Part shown: in pieces, positions 25,620-35,111 of the stretch
How positions within the stretch are numbered: position 1 is the first letter of the stretch
Layout: every line of letters starts with the position of its first letter
Virus record (IMG/VR): IMGVR_UViG_3300024042_000003
Coordinates: 1-36,004 of that record
Strand: one strand, 5' to 3'
Source of the DNA: a virus
Taxonomy: Duplodnaviria; Caudoviricetes
Length of the DNA stretch: 36,004 nt
Notes under the pieces: generated by a model
Databases searched by the model: none
The model's input: only the letters and a program-made list of their open reading frames with translations
Told to the model about the DNA's origin: nothing
Translations under genes and position numbers: made by a program

Positions 25620-25647
25620 TTTACACCTTAGACTTTTTGAGTACATT
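25620..25647 (+). promoter_or_regulatory. Late promoter (pR'-like)
   Basis: TTTACA-N16-TACATT just after Q, followed by a terminator. Confidence 0.55.
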
Positions 25648-25693
25648 TCAGGCATCTTGTGATTGGTGTGCCCACCGCACTGATTGCAGGACG

Positions 25694-25727
25694 AACCCCG
25701 GCATGCGAGAGCGTGTCGGGGTTTTTT
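25694..25727 (+). terminator. tR'-like terminator, copy 1
   Basis: CCCCGGCATGC-GAGA-GCGTGTCGGGG-TTTTTT. Confidence 0.8.
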
Positions 25728-25967
25728 ATTGCTGTCTCGGCATCGGCGCTTGACCCCGATGGCCTGCAGCGTCTCGCTGGGGTACGAGAGATAAAGACAA
25801 ACCGATGCCGCAAGGGCGGGTCTCCATCGGGCCTCCGCATTACCGCGATGCCTAGAGCGCTAGGGGCCGCGTGTCTGCGATAACGACACGGTGCAGGGAT
25901 TTGGGAGTCCTGCATGCGACCACGCACCGAGTGACCCATCACTGCCGGAACCGTAACCGTGCACCCG

Positions 25968-26003
25968 CCCCGGCATGCGAAAGCGTGTCGGGGTTTTCTT
26001 TTT
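25968..26003 (+). terminator. tR'-like terminator, copy 2
   Basis: CCCCGGCATGC-GAAA-GCGTGTCGGGG-TTTTCTTTTT, 29/30 identical to copy 1. Confidence 0.8.
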
Positions 26004-26018
26004 GCTGAGCCCGATCCC

Positions 26019-26408
26019 ATGACCATCCCGCGAACTGCCGACCGCCGTGCATACGACGGCCGCCGAGGAACTGCGCACGAGCGCGGCTACACCTCCGCCT
26101 GGCAGCGTGCGCGGGATGCCTTCTTGCGTGCCCATCCGCTGTGTGCTGAGCATGAGCGCCGTGGCGATGTAGCTGCTGCCGCACTGGTGGATCACATCAC
26201 GCCCCCGCGCCTCAAGCAGGCCAAGGACGGCGGGGATGCGGATCGCATCAAGGAAGCGCAGGCGCTTTTCTGGGATCGGGCGAACTGGCAGAGCCTGTGC
26301 AAGGCCTGCCACGACTCCATCAAGCAGCGGTTCGAGAAGTCGGGCCGCGTCGCGGGGTGCGACGCAGACGGCCGCCCCCTTGACCCGGGCCACCACTGGC
26401 GCCGCTGA
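26019..26408 (+). CDS. Terminase-associated HNH endonuclease
   Basis: RGY..AWQRAR..FL..HPLC..VDHI.P..FWD..NWQSLC..CH. Confidence 0.9.
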   Translation: MTIPRTADRRAYDGRRGTAHERGYTSAWQRARDAFLRAHPLCAEHERRGDVAAAALVDHITPPRLKQAKDGGDADRIKEAQALFWDRANWQSLCKACHDSIKQRFEKSGRVAGCDADGRPLDPGHHWRR

Positions 26409-26543
26409 CCCGCCCGTCCGCCCCCGCCCGCAAGGGGAGGGGGGAGCAAAAACTTTCCCCCCCACCCCCTCCAGACCGACCGCTCCTTGTCGTTCGCAAT
26501 GCCGGGAAATATGAGAGAGGGGGGGTATCGACTGGGAGGCCTT

Positions 26544-27077
26544 ATGGCTGGTAATTCCAACTCGGGGCGCCGTGCTGATCCTGCATTCGTGCACCAGCTC
26601 AAGGGCGACCCCAGCAAGCGCGGCATGGCGAACCTTGCCGCAGAAACCGAAGCGCTGCAGCTCAAGGCCTGCGCACCCGACCCGCCCAACTGGCTGAGTG
26701 CTGGCGCGCTCGCGGAGTGGCAGCGCGTGGTGCCCGACCTCATGACGCTGGGCTGGGTGCACCGGCTCGACCGCATGCAGCTCGCAGCCTACTGCGAGGC
26801 CGTGGCCGACTGGGAGAAGTTCCGCCAGCGCATCGCCGCCGAGAACCAGCGCATGGACGACACGGGCGACGTGCAGACCTTCGCCACGGGCGCGAAGCAA
26901 ATCAGCATCTGGCGCCAGCTCGCCAACGATGCCGAGAAACGCGCCAACGCTGCGGGCGCTGGTTTCGGATTCACGCCGCTGGCGCGGCGAACGATGAAGG
27001 CGCCTGTGACCGTGCCGCAAGCGGAGTTATTCCCCAATGAGCACAACGAGGCCGCCAACCGATACTTCTCGCACTGA
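26544..27077 (+). CDS. terS: Terminase small subunit (P27 family)
   Basis: GGAGG RBS. L.GDPSKR, PP.WL...A..EW.RV, D...LAAYC, FGFTP.AR. Confidence 0.9.
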   Translation: MAGNSNSGRRADPAFVHQLKGDPSKRGMANLAAETEALQLKACAPDPPNWLSAGALAEWQRVVPDLMTLGWVHRLDRMQLAAYCEAVADWEKFRQRIAAENQRMDDTGDVQTFATGAKQISIWRQLANDAEKRANAAGAGFGFTPLARRTMKAPVTVPQAELFPNEHNEAANRYFSH

Positions 27078-28827
27078 CGACCGGGTAGCAGCGTACTGCC
27101 GCGCCGTGCTTGCGGGCGAGATCATCGCTGGCCCGCACGTGCGCCACGCCGCGCAGCGCCACCTTGACGATCTGCTTGTCGGCCACCTTCGCGGCCTGGT
27201 GTGGCGGCAGGATCTGGCCGACCGCGCCATCGGGTACTTTGAGGATGTCCTCAAGCTCAACGGCGGCGAGTACGAAGCCAAGCCGTTCTTGTTGGCGCCC
27301 TGGCAGGCGTTCATCGTCGGCAGTCTCTTCGGGTGGTACACCGAAGACGGGTTCAGGCGTTTCAGCACCGCCTACATCGAGACGGCCAAGGGCTCGGGCA
27401 AGTCCCCCCTGGCCGCAGGCATCGGCCTGTACGGACTGACATCGGACGGCGAGCAGCGTGCCGAGGTGTACGCCGCCGCCACCAAGCGCGACCAGGCGCA
27501 GATCCTGTTCCGCGATGCCGTGGCCATGGTCACGATGTCGTCGCTGCTGGAATCGCGCCTGGTCAAGTCCGGCCGGGACGAAAAGGTCTGGAACCTCTTC
27601 TACCCGCCCACCAACAGCTTCTTTCGCACCATCGCCTCAGACGATGGGCAATCCGGCCCGCGCCCGCACATCGGCCTGATCGACGAAGTGCACGAGCACA
27701 CGTCGCCCACCGTGGTCAACATGATGCTGGCGGGCCGCAAGAACCGCCGACGCGCCCTGGTGGTCATGATTACCAACAGTGGCAGCGACAAGAACACGGT
27801 CTGCGGCCAGTACCACGACCTGGGCGTGCGCGTGGTGCGCGGCGAGTTTCTCAACGACTCGCTGTTCGCCTACATCTGCGCACTGGACGAAGGCGAAGAC
27901 CCTTTCAAGGATGAAGCCTGCTGGCCCAAGGTCAACCCCAGCCTGGACTACCTGGCCCACGGCCAGGCCGATGGCATCCCGGGGCGGCGCTACCTGCGCC
28001 AGGAAGTGCAGAAAGCGCGCGGCGTGCCCGCCGCCGAGGCGGTTGTGCGCCGCCTCAACTTCTGCCAGTGGACGCAGGCGTCATCGCCCTGGATCAACTG
28101 GGACGTGTGGAAGGCCGCCCAGCAGCGCGTGCCCATGTCGCTGCTGCGCAACCGCCGCTGCGTGGCCGGGCTGGACTTGTCCAGCACCACCGACCTGACC
28201 GCGTTCGTGCTGCTGTTCTACCCCACGGCCGCCGACCCGCACTGGCGCCTCATGCCGTACTTCTGGATACCAGACCACGAGCTGGACAAGCGCGAGGAAC
28301 GCGACCGCGTGCCCTACAGCGTATGGATCAAGGAAGGATGGCTGGAGACCACGCCCGGCCGCGCCATCAGCAAGCTGCACGTGCTGCGCCGCCTGGCGAA
28401 GATTTGCGAGTACTTCGATGTCGAGAAGATCGGCTACGACCGCTGGCGCATCGAAGACCTGAAGCAGACCATGGCCGAGAAGGGCATCACGCTGCCGCCC
28501 CTGGAGGCCTTCGGCCAGGGCTACCAATCCATGGGGCCCGCCGTTGACGAATTCGAGCGGCGCCTGCTCGGCATCCCCGAGAAAGACGCCGAAGGCAACC
28601 CCGTAGAGGGCGATGTCGAAACCCTGCGCCACGACGGCAACCCCGTCATGACCTGGTGCGCGGGCAACGCCGTCACCGTCAGCGACCCCGCAAACAACCG
28701 CAAGGTTGACAAGCAAAAGTCCATCGGGCGCATCGACGGCATCGTCGGCGCCGTGATGGCCACAGGCATCAGCACCGGCGCCAAGACCTTGGCGAAATCG
28801 GTCTACGACGAAGGCGTAGGAATATGA
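27037..28827 (+). CDS. terL: Terminase large subunit
   Basis: LAPWQ.F, AKGSGKS, IDEVHEH, GLDLSSTTDLTA, RIDGIVG. Confidence 0.97.
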   Translation: MSTTRPPTDTSRTDDRVAAYCRAVLAGEIIAGPHVRHAAQRHLDDLLVGHLRGLVWRQDLADRAIGYFEDVLKLNGGEYEAKPFLLAPWQAFIVGSLFGWYTEDGFRRFSTAYIETAKGSGKSPLAAGIGLYGLTSDGEQRAEVYAAATKRDQAQILFRDAVAMVTMSSLLESRLVKSGRDEKVWNLFYPPTNSFFRTIASDDGQSGPRPHIGLIDEVHEHTSPTVVNMMLAGRKNRRRALVVMITNSGSDKNTVCGQYHDLGVRVVRGEFLNDSLFAYICALDEGEDPFKDEACWPKVNPSLDYLAHGQADGIPGRRYLRQEVQKARGVPAAEAVVRRLNFCQWTQASSPWINWDVWKAAQQRVPMSLLRNRRCVAGLDLSSTTDLTAFVLLFYPTAADPHWRLMPYFWIPDHELDKREERDRVPYSVWIKEGWLETTPGRAISKLHVLRRLAKICEYFDVEKIGYDRWRIEDLKQTMAEKGITLPPLEAFGQGYQSMGPAVDEFERRLLGIPEKDAEGNPVEGDVETLRHDGNPVMTWCAGNAVTVSDPANNRKVDKQKSIGRIDGIVGAVMATGISTGAKTLAKSVYDEGVGI

Positions 28828-29027
28828 ACCTCAAAACAATGTCCTGGCTCTGCGGCCTGCTCGGCTTCGCATTGCTCATTGCGGGCCTGGCCCAGTGGAG
28901 CGTGCCCCTGGCCTGCGTCGTCGCGGGCCCGGTGCTGGTGGCCTACGCCTACCTGCTCGACCGCGCCGCCGCCGTTGCCACCCAGGCCCAGCGCCAGGCG
29001 CAGCAGCGCCCAGGCGGGGAGGGCTGA
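28824..29027 (+). CDS. Small membrane protein
   Basis: Two hydrophobic helices, between terL and portal. Confidence 0.65.
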   Translation: MNLKTMSWLCGLLGFALLIAGLAQWSVPLACVVAGPVLVAYAYLLDRAAAVATQAQRQAQQRPGGEG

Positions 29028-29030
29028 CCC

Positions 29031-30311
29031 ATGTTCTTCAGTGACCTGCTGGGCGCATCGCCCGGCACCGGCCTGGTGTCCGACGCAGGCGGCGGCTTCT
29101 GGCGCGGCATCATCGGCAGCGCCCGCACCAGCACCGGCGTGGCCGTCACGCCCGAAAGCGCGTTCGCCGTGCCCATCCTGCAGAACTGCGTCACGCTGCT
29201 GGCCGAATCCATCGCCCAGTTGCCTTGCGAGGTTTTCGAGCGAGGGGAGGGCGGGCGGCGCACCGCCGCCATCCACCACCCGGCCTACGACGTACTGCGC
29301 TACCGGCCCAACCCGTTCCAGACCCCCTACGAGCGCGTCGAGCTGCTGCAGTGCGCGGCAGGCCTGCGCGGCAACGGCTACAGCTGGATCGACCGGCGCG
29401 ACGACGGCAACATCGCCGCCCTCTGGCCGCTGGACTCCGACAAGGTGCAGGTGCTCAAGGGCCCCGACCTCCTGCCGTACTACCGCATCGGCAACAGCGC
29501 CGAAGCCGTGCCCATGCGCCACGTACACCACGTGCGCTGGCACACGCGCAACGGCTACGAAGGCCTCTCCCCCGTGCGCCTGCACGCCGAAACCGTGGGC
29601 CTGGCCCAGGCGCTGCGCAAGTTCGCGGGCACCTCGTTCGCCAACGGCGCCACCGTGGCCGGCGTCATCGAGCGGCCCAGGGAAGTCGCCCCCATCAAGA
29701 CCCAGACCGAGGTTGACCGCGTGCTCGACCAGTGGGGCGGCAAGTTCTCCGGCATCGACAACGCCCGCAAGGTGGCGATGCTGCAAGAGGGCATGACGTT
29801 CAAGCCCGTCTCCATGAACAACGTGGATGCGGAAATCGTCGCCCTGCTCAAGCTCTCGGGCGTGGACATCGCGCGGATCTACAAGATCCCGCTGCCCATG
29901 GTCAACGACCTCGACAAGGCCAACTACAACACCATCGAGCAACTGCTCATTCACCTGGTGGTATTCGCCCTGCTGCCCTGGGTCAAGCGCCACGAGCAAG
30001 CCATGGCGCGCGACTTCCTGCTGCCGCAGGATCTGGCGCGCTACTTCATCGAGTTCAATTTGTCGGGCCTGCTGCGCGGCGACCAGAAAAGCCGCTACGA
30101 GTCCTACGCCATCGGCCGCCAATGGGGCTGGCTCTGCGTCAACGACATCCGCCGCCTCGAAAACCTCCCCCCCGTGCAGGGCGGCGACGTGTACCTGCAG
30201 CCGCTCAACATGGTGGACAGCGGCAAGGGCACGCCAGACCTCACCAACCCCAACACCCGCGCCCAGCTGGAGGCGCAGGCCAAAGAAATCGAAAGGCTGC
30301 TCACGCTATGA
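29031..30311 (+). CDS. Portal protein (HK97 family)
   Basis: LAESIAQLP, PNPFQT, LRGNGY, GLSP, IARIYKIP, NDIRRLENLPP. Confidence 0.97.
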   Translation: MFFSDLLGASPGTGLVSDAGGGFWRGIIGSARTSTGVAVTPESAFAVPILQNCVTLLAESIAQLPCEVFERGEGGRRTAAIHHPAYDVLRYRPNPFQTPYERVELLQCAAGLRGNGYSWIDRRDDGNIAALWPLDSDKVQVLKGPDLLPYYRIGNSAEAVPMRHVHHVRWHTRNGYEGLSPVRLHAETVGLAQALRKFAGTSFANGATVAGVIERPREVAPIKTQTEVDRVLDQWGGKFSGIDNARKVAMLQEGMTFKPVSMNNVDAEIVALLKLSGVDIARIYKIPLPMVNDLDKANYNTIEQLLIHLVVFALLPWVKRHEQAMARDFLLPQDLARYFIEFNLSGLLRGDQKSRYESYAIGRQWGWLCVNDIRRLENLPPVQGGDVYLQPLNMVDSGKGTPDLTNPNTRAQLEAQAKEIERLLTL

Positions 30312-31264
30312 AGACCTACCTTCGCGCATCCAGCATGCTGTTCAACACGCCCTTGATCGTCGCCCCCGAGGTGCTGGACATGGCCGTGCGCTGGGCCAAC
30401 CAGGTGATGAACCTCAACATCATCAACATCGGCGCCCAGGCCGCAGACCCCCGCATGTGGGACGACGACGGCGCCCACCACAGCGCCCGCATGCAGCTCG
30501 AAGAGCAGCGCCGCGCCAGCATCGCCGCCACCGGCGTGGCCGTCGTACCCGTGCACGGCGTGCTGGTCAGCCGCGCCGCGCACATGAACGCCTGCGAAAC
30601 CATGACCAGCTACGAAGACCTGCGCAGCGCCCTGCGCGCGGCCATTGACGACCCGCTGGTCGAGCGCATCGCCCTCGACATCGACTCCCCCGGCGGCGCC
30701 GTCTCCGGCGCTTTCGAGATGGCCGCAGACCTGCGCGCCATGGCCCAGCAAAAGCCCATCACCGGCATCATCAACTTCATGGCCGCCTCGGGCGGCTACC
30801 TGCTGGGCGCCGCCTGCACCGAGCTGGTCACCAGCCGCACCAGCATCGGCGGCTCCATCGGCGTCATCGCCTCGCACCTCGACCGCTCCCAGGCGCTGGA
30901 GAAAGCAGGCGTCAAGGTCACCACCGTCTACGCCGGGGCCCATAAAAACGACCTCTCGCCCAGCGAGCCCATCACCGACCAGTCCCTGCAGACCCTGCGC
31001 GAGATCGTCTACAGCAGCTACGAAATGTTCTGCACCACCGTGGCCGAGTACCGGGGCCTTGCCGTCGCCCAGGTACAAGCCACCGAAGCCGCCGTATTCC
31101 GTGGTCAGGCCCTCATCGACGCAGGCCTTGCAGACCGCATGGAGTCCCCGCAGGACGCTGTGAACAACCTCACGCGCGCTGTGCACCAGCAACGCGCACT
31201 GCGCGCCCAGTCCAGCCGCGTCGCCGTGCGCGCCCGTGCCGCCCAGGCCCTCGCCCAAATCTGA
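30308..31264 (+). CDS. S49 family prohead protease
   Basis: LDIDSPGG, AASGGY, GSIGV, GLAD. ATG at 30308 overlaps the portal stop. Confidence 0.92.
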   Translation: MKTYLRASSMLFNTPLIVAPEVLDMAVRWANQVMNLNIINIGAQAADPRMWDDDGAHHSARMQLEEQRRASIAATGVAVVPVHGVLVSRAAHMNACETMTSYEDLRSALRAAIDDPLVERIALDIDSPGGAVSGAFEMAADLRAMAQQKPITGIINFMAASGGYLLGAACTELVTSRTSIGGSIGVIASHLDRSQALEKAGVKVTTVYAGAHKNDLSPSEPITDQSLQTLREIVYSSYEMFCTTVAEYRGLAVAQVQATEAAVFRGQALIDAGLADRMESPQDAVNNLTRAVHQQRALRAQSSRVAVRARAAQALAQI

Positions 31265-31287
31265 CAGCGTTCGCTGCCAGCCGTTCC

Positions 31288-31311
31288 GCCCGCATCCGCG
31301 GGCTTTTTTTT
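31288..31311 (+). terminator. Terminator-like hairpin before the capsid gene
   Basis: GCCCGC-ATCC-GCGGGC-TTTTTTTT. Confidence 0.65.
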
Positions 31312-31332
31312 GCCCCGAAGGAGGCACCCCTC

Positions 31333-32655
31333 ATGTCCCTCGTACTGCAACTGCGCAGCGAACGCGCCAAGCTCAACGACGAGCTGCAGGCCCTCGCCAA
31401 GAAAGAAGCCGGTGGCGAAGCCCTCGCCGCCGCCGACCTGGAGCGCTTCGCCCAGCTGGAGACCCAGATCGCCGACCTCTCCGCCAAGATCGCCCGCGCC
31501 GAATCCGCCGAGCGCTCCGCCGCAGCGGCCGCCGTGCCCGTCAGCGAATCCGCCCAGGGCAACAACAGCCCGCCCGGCGCCGCCCCGCACATCAGCGTGC
31601 ACAGCAACGCCCCGCGCGGCGCGGGCGTCGCGCAAATGGCGCGCCTGCTCGCCGCCGCCCAGGGCAACCAGATGCAGGCGGTTGAGCTGGCCCGCGCTGG
31701 TGGCTACCCGGAGCAGGTCGTCATGGCCCTGTCCACCACCACCCCCGGCGCGGGCGGCGTGCTGGTGCCCGTCAACCTGGCCACCGAGGTCATCGAGTCC
31801 CTGCGGCCCACCTCGGTGCTGCGCGGCTTCGGTGCCCGCCCGCTGCCCCTGGTCAACGGCAACATGACGCTGCCGCGCATCAAGGGCAACACCACCGTGG
31901 GCTACATCGGCACCGACGACGACATCCCCGGCACCGACATGCAGTTTGAAGACCTCAAGCTGCAGGCCAAGAAGCTCGCCGCCCTGGTGCCCATCGCCAA
32001 CGACCTGCTGCGCTTCCAGGGCACCAACCCCCAGGTAGACCAGATCGTGGCCAACGACCTGCTCACCAGCGTCGGCCTGTACGAAGACATCACGTTCATC
32101 CGCAGCGCGGGCAGCACGCTCATGCCCAAGGGCCTGCGCCACTGGGCACCCGTGGTCAACGTCGTGGCGGCGCCCGCAGGCGTCACCATGGCCGACATCG
32201 ACGCCTTCTGCGGCGGCCTCATGCTGCGCGTCGAAATGGCCAACGCCAACATGGCGGGCTGCGGCTGGATCATGAATCCCCGCACCATCCGCTACCTGCA
32301 GACCGTGCGCGACGGCAACGGCAACCTGGCCTACCCCGAAATCAACGACGGCAAGTTCAAGGGCTACCCGTACAAGCTCAGCACGCAGATCCCCGTCAAC
32401 CTGGGCGCGGGCGCCGACGAGTCCGAAATCTACTTCGCCGACTACTCCGACTGCTACATCGGCGAGACCGGCGAAATGTACCTCTCGTACAGCGCCGAGG
32501 CCTCCTACAAGAACGGCAACGGCGACCTGGTCAGCGCATACAGCAAGGACCAGACCCTGGTGCGCATCATCCAGCACAACGACTTCGGCCCCCGCCACGT
32601 CGAATCCATCGCCGTGGGCACCGGCGTCAAGTGGGGCAAGGCCATGCTGGCCTGA
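31333..32655 (+). CDS. Major capsid protein (HK97 fold)
   Basis: N-terminal coiled-coil scaffold, GGVLVP, KKLAALVPI.NDLL, WIMNP..L..VRDGNG. Confidence 0.95.
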   Translation: MSLVLQLRSERAKLNDELQALAKKEAGGEALAAADLERFAQLETQIADLSAKIARAESAERSAAAAAVPVSESAQGNNSPPGAAPHISVHSNAPRGAGVAQMARLLAAAQGNQMQAVELARAGGYPEQVVMALSTTTPGAGGVLVPVNLATEVIESLRPTSVLRGFGARPLPLVNGNMTLPRIKGNTTVGYIGTDDDIPGTDMQFEDLKLQAKKLAALVPIANDLLRFQGTNPQVDQIVANDLLTSVGLYEDITFIRSAGSTLMPKGLRHWAPVVNVVAAPAGVTMADIDAFCGGLMLRVEMANANMAGCGWIMNPRTIRYLQTVRDGNGNLAYPEINDGKFKGYPYKLSTQIPVNLGAGADESEIYFADYSDCYIGETGEMYLSYSAEASYKNGNGDLVSAYSKDQTLVRIIQHNDFGPRHVESIAVGTGVKWGKAMLA

Positions 32656-32725
32656 CGCGCCAGTGCCCGCCCGGCCGTGTGCACACGTGTGCACGGCCTC
32701 TCTCATTCATATACAGGAGGTGCCC

Positions 32726-33070
32726 ATGAGCACTGACACCAAGATCCTCAAATTCACCAAACCCTGGCGCGGCTACAACAAGGGCGAAGTGGCGGGCTTC
32801 GACGCCAAGACCGCCGAAGTCTTGCGCAAAGGCGGCGTGGCCGAAGTGCACGACGGCGGCCAGGACGGCAACCGGCCCGCCCAGCGCCAGCAGCAGGCCA
32901 GCGCGCAGCGCCGCACCGCCAAGACCGCCAGCGACAGCGCCGGGCAACCCGCCGCCCCTGCCGAGCCGCAGCCCGCAGGCGGCGCAGCAGGCGAGGAGGG
33001 CGCTGGCGCCGCCGCACCCGCCAGCGACCCGGCCCAGGCCGCCACCGGCCCCGACGACGCCCGCCCGTAA
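32726..33070 (+). CDS. Head-associated hypothetical protein
   Basis: AGGAGG RBS. KFTKPW.GYN.GEVAGF followed by an Ala/Pro tail. Confidence 0.7.
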   Translation: MSTDTKILKFTKPWRGYNKGEVAGFDAKTAEVLRKGGVAEVHDGGQDGNRPAQRQQQASAQRRTAKTASDSAGQPAAPAEPQPAGGAAGEEGAGAAAPASDPAQAATGPDDARP

Positions 33071-33073
33071 GCC

Positions 33074-33625
33074 ATGGCCCGGCGCATCGCATACACCGGC
33101 GCGCCGGTGCTCACGGCGCAAGACATCGCCACCTGGCGGCGCAGCGACACCGTACTGCTCGAAGCCGCGCTGCTCGAAAACGTCATCATCCCCGGCGTCG
33201 TGGCACAGGCCGAGGCACGCACCGGCGCCGCCATCCAAGAGGCGCGCTATGTCGAGATATGGCCCCCAGGCCGCCCCTCGGGGCACCACCTCGACATCGG
33301 CCAGGCCAAGCGCATTGAGGCGGTTGACGTGCTCAGCGCCGACGGCGTGCCCGTGCCATCTGGCGCCGTGCCCTACCTGCAGCAAGAGCAGCGCGAAAGC
33401 TACCTGCACTTCGCTGGCGGCCGCCCCCCGGGCGTGTTGCAAATCACCTACCTCGCGGGCGCAGACCTGGCCGCGTACCCCTCTGTGCGCAACTGGCTGC
33501 TGCTTCACATCGGCACCGTGTACGCGCAGCGTGAATCGCTGGTCATCGGTGCATCCGTCGCAGAGCTGCCCTCCGGCTTTCTCGACTCGATGCTGTCCGA
33601 CATCACCTTGCCGCCCCGCTTCTGA
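33074..33625 (+). CDS. Head-tail connector (gp6-like)
   Basis: Position plus AE..TG and ITY.AG..WLLL.IGT.Y.QRE motifs. Confidence 0.8.
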   Translation: MARRIAYTGAPVLTAQDIATWRRSDTVLLEAALLENVIIPGVVAQAEARTGAAIQEARYVEIWPPGRPSGHHLDIGQAKRIEAVDVLSADGVPVPSGAVPYLQQEQRESYLHFAGGRPPGVLQITYLAGADLAAYPSVRNWLLLHIGTVYAQRESLVIGASVAELPSGFLDSMLSDITLPPRF

Positions 33626-33635
33626 AAGGCCCTCC

Positions 33636-33971
33636 ATGCTCCAAGCCGGGAAACTGGACCAGCGCATTGTCCTGCGCGAACCCTCGCAGACGCGGGGCAC
33701 CTCGGGTGGTTTCAAAAAACGCTGGACCGACCAGCCCGCCATGTGGGCCGCCGTGCGCCACCTCAGCGGCAACGAGCGGCGCGCCACCTCTGCCGGTGGC
33801 GAGGTGGCCGTGGCGCGTACCGAGATCACCATCCCCTACCGCGAAGGCGTCACCGCACGCTGGGGGGTGCTGTACCAGGGGTGCCACTACAACATCCAGC
33901 ACGTCAACGACTTCATGGCGCGGCGTGAATTCCTCATCCTCACCTGCGACACAGGGCTCAACGATGGCTAA
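33636..33971 (+). CDS. Head closure (head-tail adaptor) protein
   Basis: AGKLDQRI..WAAV..LSG.E..YNI..V. Confidence 0.85.
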   Translation: MLQAGKLDQRIVLREPSQTRGTSGGFKKRWTDQPAMWAAVRHLSGNERRATSAGGEVAVARTEITIPYREGVTARWGVLYQGCHYNIQHVNDFMARREFLILTCDTGLNDG

Positions 33972-34509
33972 AACCGAAATCCTCGGCATCGGCGACATGC
34001 GCGCCAACTACGGCCGCGTGCGCGAAGACATGCGCACCCGCACCAGCCGCCGCATGCTTGTCGCGGCCGGCGCCGTGCTCAAGCGCAAGGCCAAGGCCAT
34101 CGCCCAGGCCAACGGCTCACGCCGCAGCGGCGCCATGATCGCCAACATCGCCATCAAGCGCGAGGCAGGCGCCCCCGCGGGCACCGAGCAGTACCACCTG
34201 GGCGTGCGCCACGGGCGCAACCTCACGGCCAAGGTCAAGAAGTCAGGCGCCCACCTGGCAGTCAGCAACCGGGGCCGCATCGTCAAGCGCTACCAGGACG
34301 ATCCGTACTACTGGCGCTGGGTCGAACTCGGCCACAAGATCGTTTCGCGTGATCCCGGCAAAAGCAAACGTGCACGCCGCCGTGCCGCCACAGGCACTGT
34401 CCCCGCCAAGCCCTTCATCGCCCCGGCGCTGGAGCAGGGCAGGGGCGAGGCAGTCCAGGCCATGGACGCCAAGCTGCGCGAAGACCTCAAGAAAGCAGGC
34501 CGCACATGA
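33964..34509 (+). CDS. HK97 gp10-like neck protein
   Basis: YYWRWVELG..PAKPFIAPA. Confidence 0.85.
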   Translation: MAKTEILGIGDMRANYGRVREDMRTRTSRRMLVAAGAVLKRKAKAIAQANGSRRSGAMIANIAIKREAGAPAGTEQYHLGVRHGRNLTAKVKKSGAHLAVSNRGRIVKRYQDDPYYWRWVELGHKIVSRDPGKSKRARRRAATGTVPAKPFIAPALEQGRGEAVQAMDAKLREDLKKAGRT

Positions 34510-34877
34510 CCACGCCCACCGTGCACGAAGCCATCACCGCCGCGCTCTGCGCCGTGTTTCCCAACTCCTGGCCCATCGAGCTGCCCCCCGCACCCGTCTA
34601 CCCCGCCGTCGTGTTCGACGTGGACAGCGAGCCCGAGGCGCAGTGGTGCATGGGCGGCGGCTACACCCAGCACGACGTCAATGTCGTCGTCGTCGCCCGT
34701 GACCTGGACGAACTCGACGCGCTGCTGCCCCTGGCTGGCGGCGGCCCGCTGCGTGCCGCACTGGAGGCCTTGCCCGCCTACCAGTGGGAAGAGGCCGCAG
34801 GCGATGCCGACTACGAGCCCGACCCCGAGCTGTACGCCCGCTTTCTCAGCGTGCGCCTGCGCACCCCGCGCTACTAA
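34506..34877 (+). CDS. Tail terminator/completion protein
   Basis: Position and P.YPAVVF motif, 123 aa. Confidence 0.7.
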   Translation: MTTPTVHEAITAALCAVFPNSWPIELPPAPVYPAVVFDVDSEPEAQWCMGGGYTQHDVNVVVVARDLDELDALLPLAGGGPLRAALEALPAYQWEEAAGDADYEPDPELYARFLSVRLRTPRY

Positions 34878-34901
34878 CTCCTCAACCCCCGAAAGGCCAC
34901 C

Positions 34902-35111
34902 ATGCCCAAGACCCCCCCTGAAAAGGCGGGCGGTGTGCACACGTCTGCACAAACCGCCCCCGCCAGCAAGAAGCCGCCGCACCACGAGCCCACCGCCCCG
35001 CGCCCGCGCGACAAGCACACCGGCCTGGGCGGCTCCTACGTGCGCGACCCCGTCACCGGCGAACGCCGCCGCGCCACCCCTGACACCGATCCGAAGGAGC
35101 CCACGCCATGA
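34902..35111 (+). CDS. Small hypothetical protein
   Basis: GLGGSYVRDPVTGER motif, coupled to the tail tube start. Confidence 0.65.
   Translation: MPKTPPEKAGGVHTSAQTAPASKKPPHHEPTAPRPRDKHTGLGGSYVRDPVTGERRRATPDTDPKEPTP

Larger units (their letters stand above)
14954..34950. repeat. Dispersed 16-bp palindrome GTGCACACGTGTGCAC (7 copies)
   Basis: Perfect at 14954, 18826 and 32679. 15/16 at 17354 and 34935. 14/16 at 16614 and 25115. Confidence 0.85.

Noticed and set aside
25730-25965. tRNA or tmRNA gene after Q
   Set aside because: No cloverleaf or GTTCRA T-loop found. The region is kept only as a generic structured-RNA candidate.
14954-34950. 16-bp palindromes as a CRISPR array, cI operators or a simple restriction/methylation site
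   Set aside because: The spacing is irregular and kb-scale with no cas genes. The cI operators have a different consensus (ATTATGCA-N4-TGCATAAT). 16 bp is too long for a typical R-M site.
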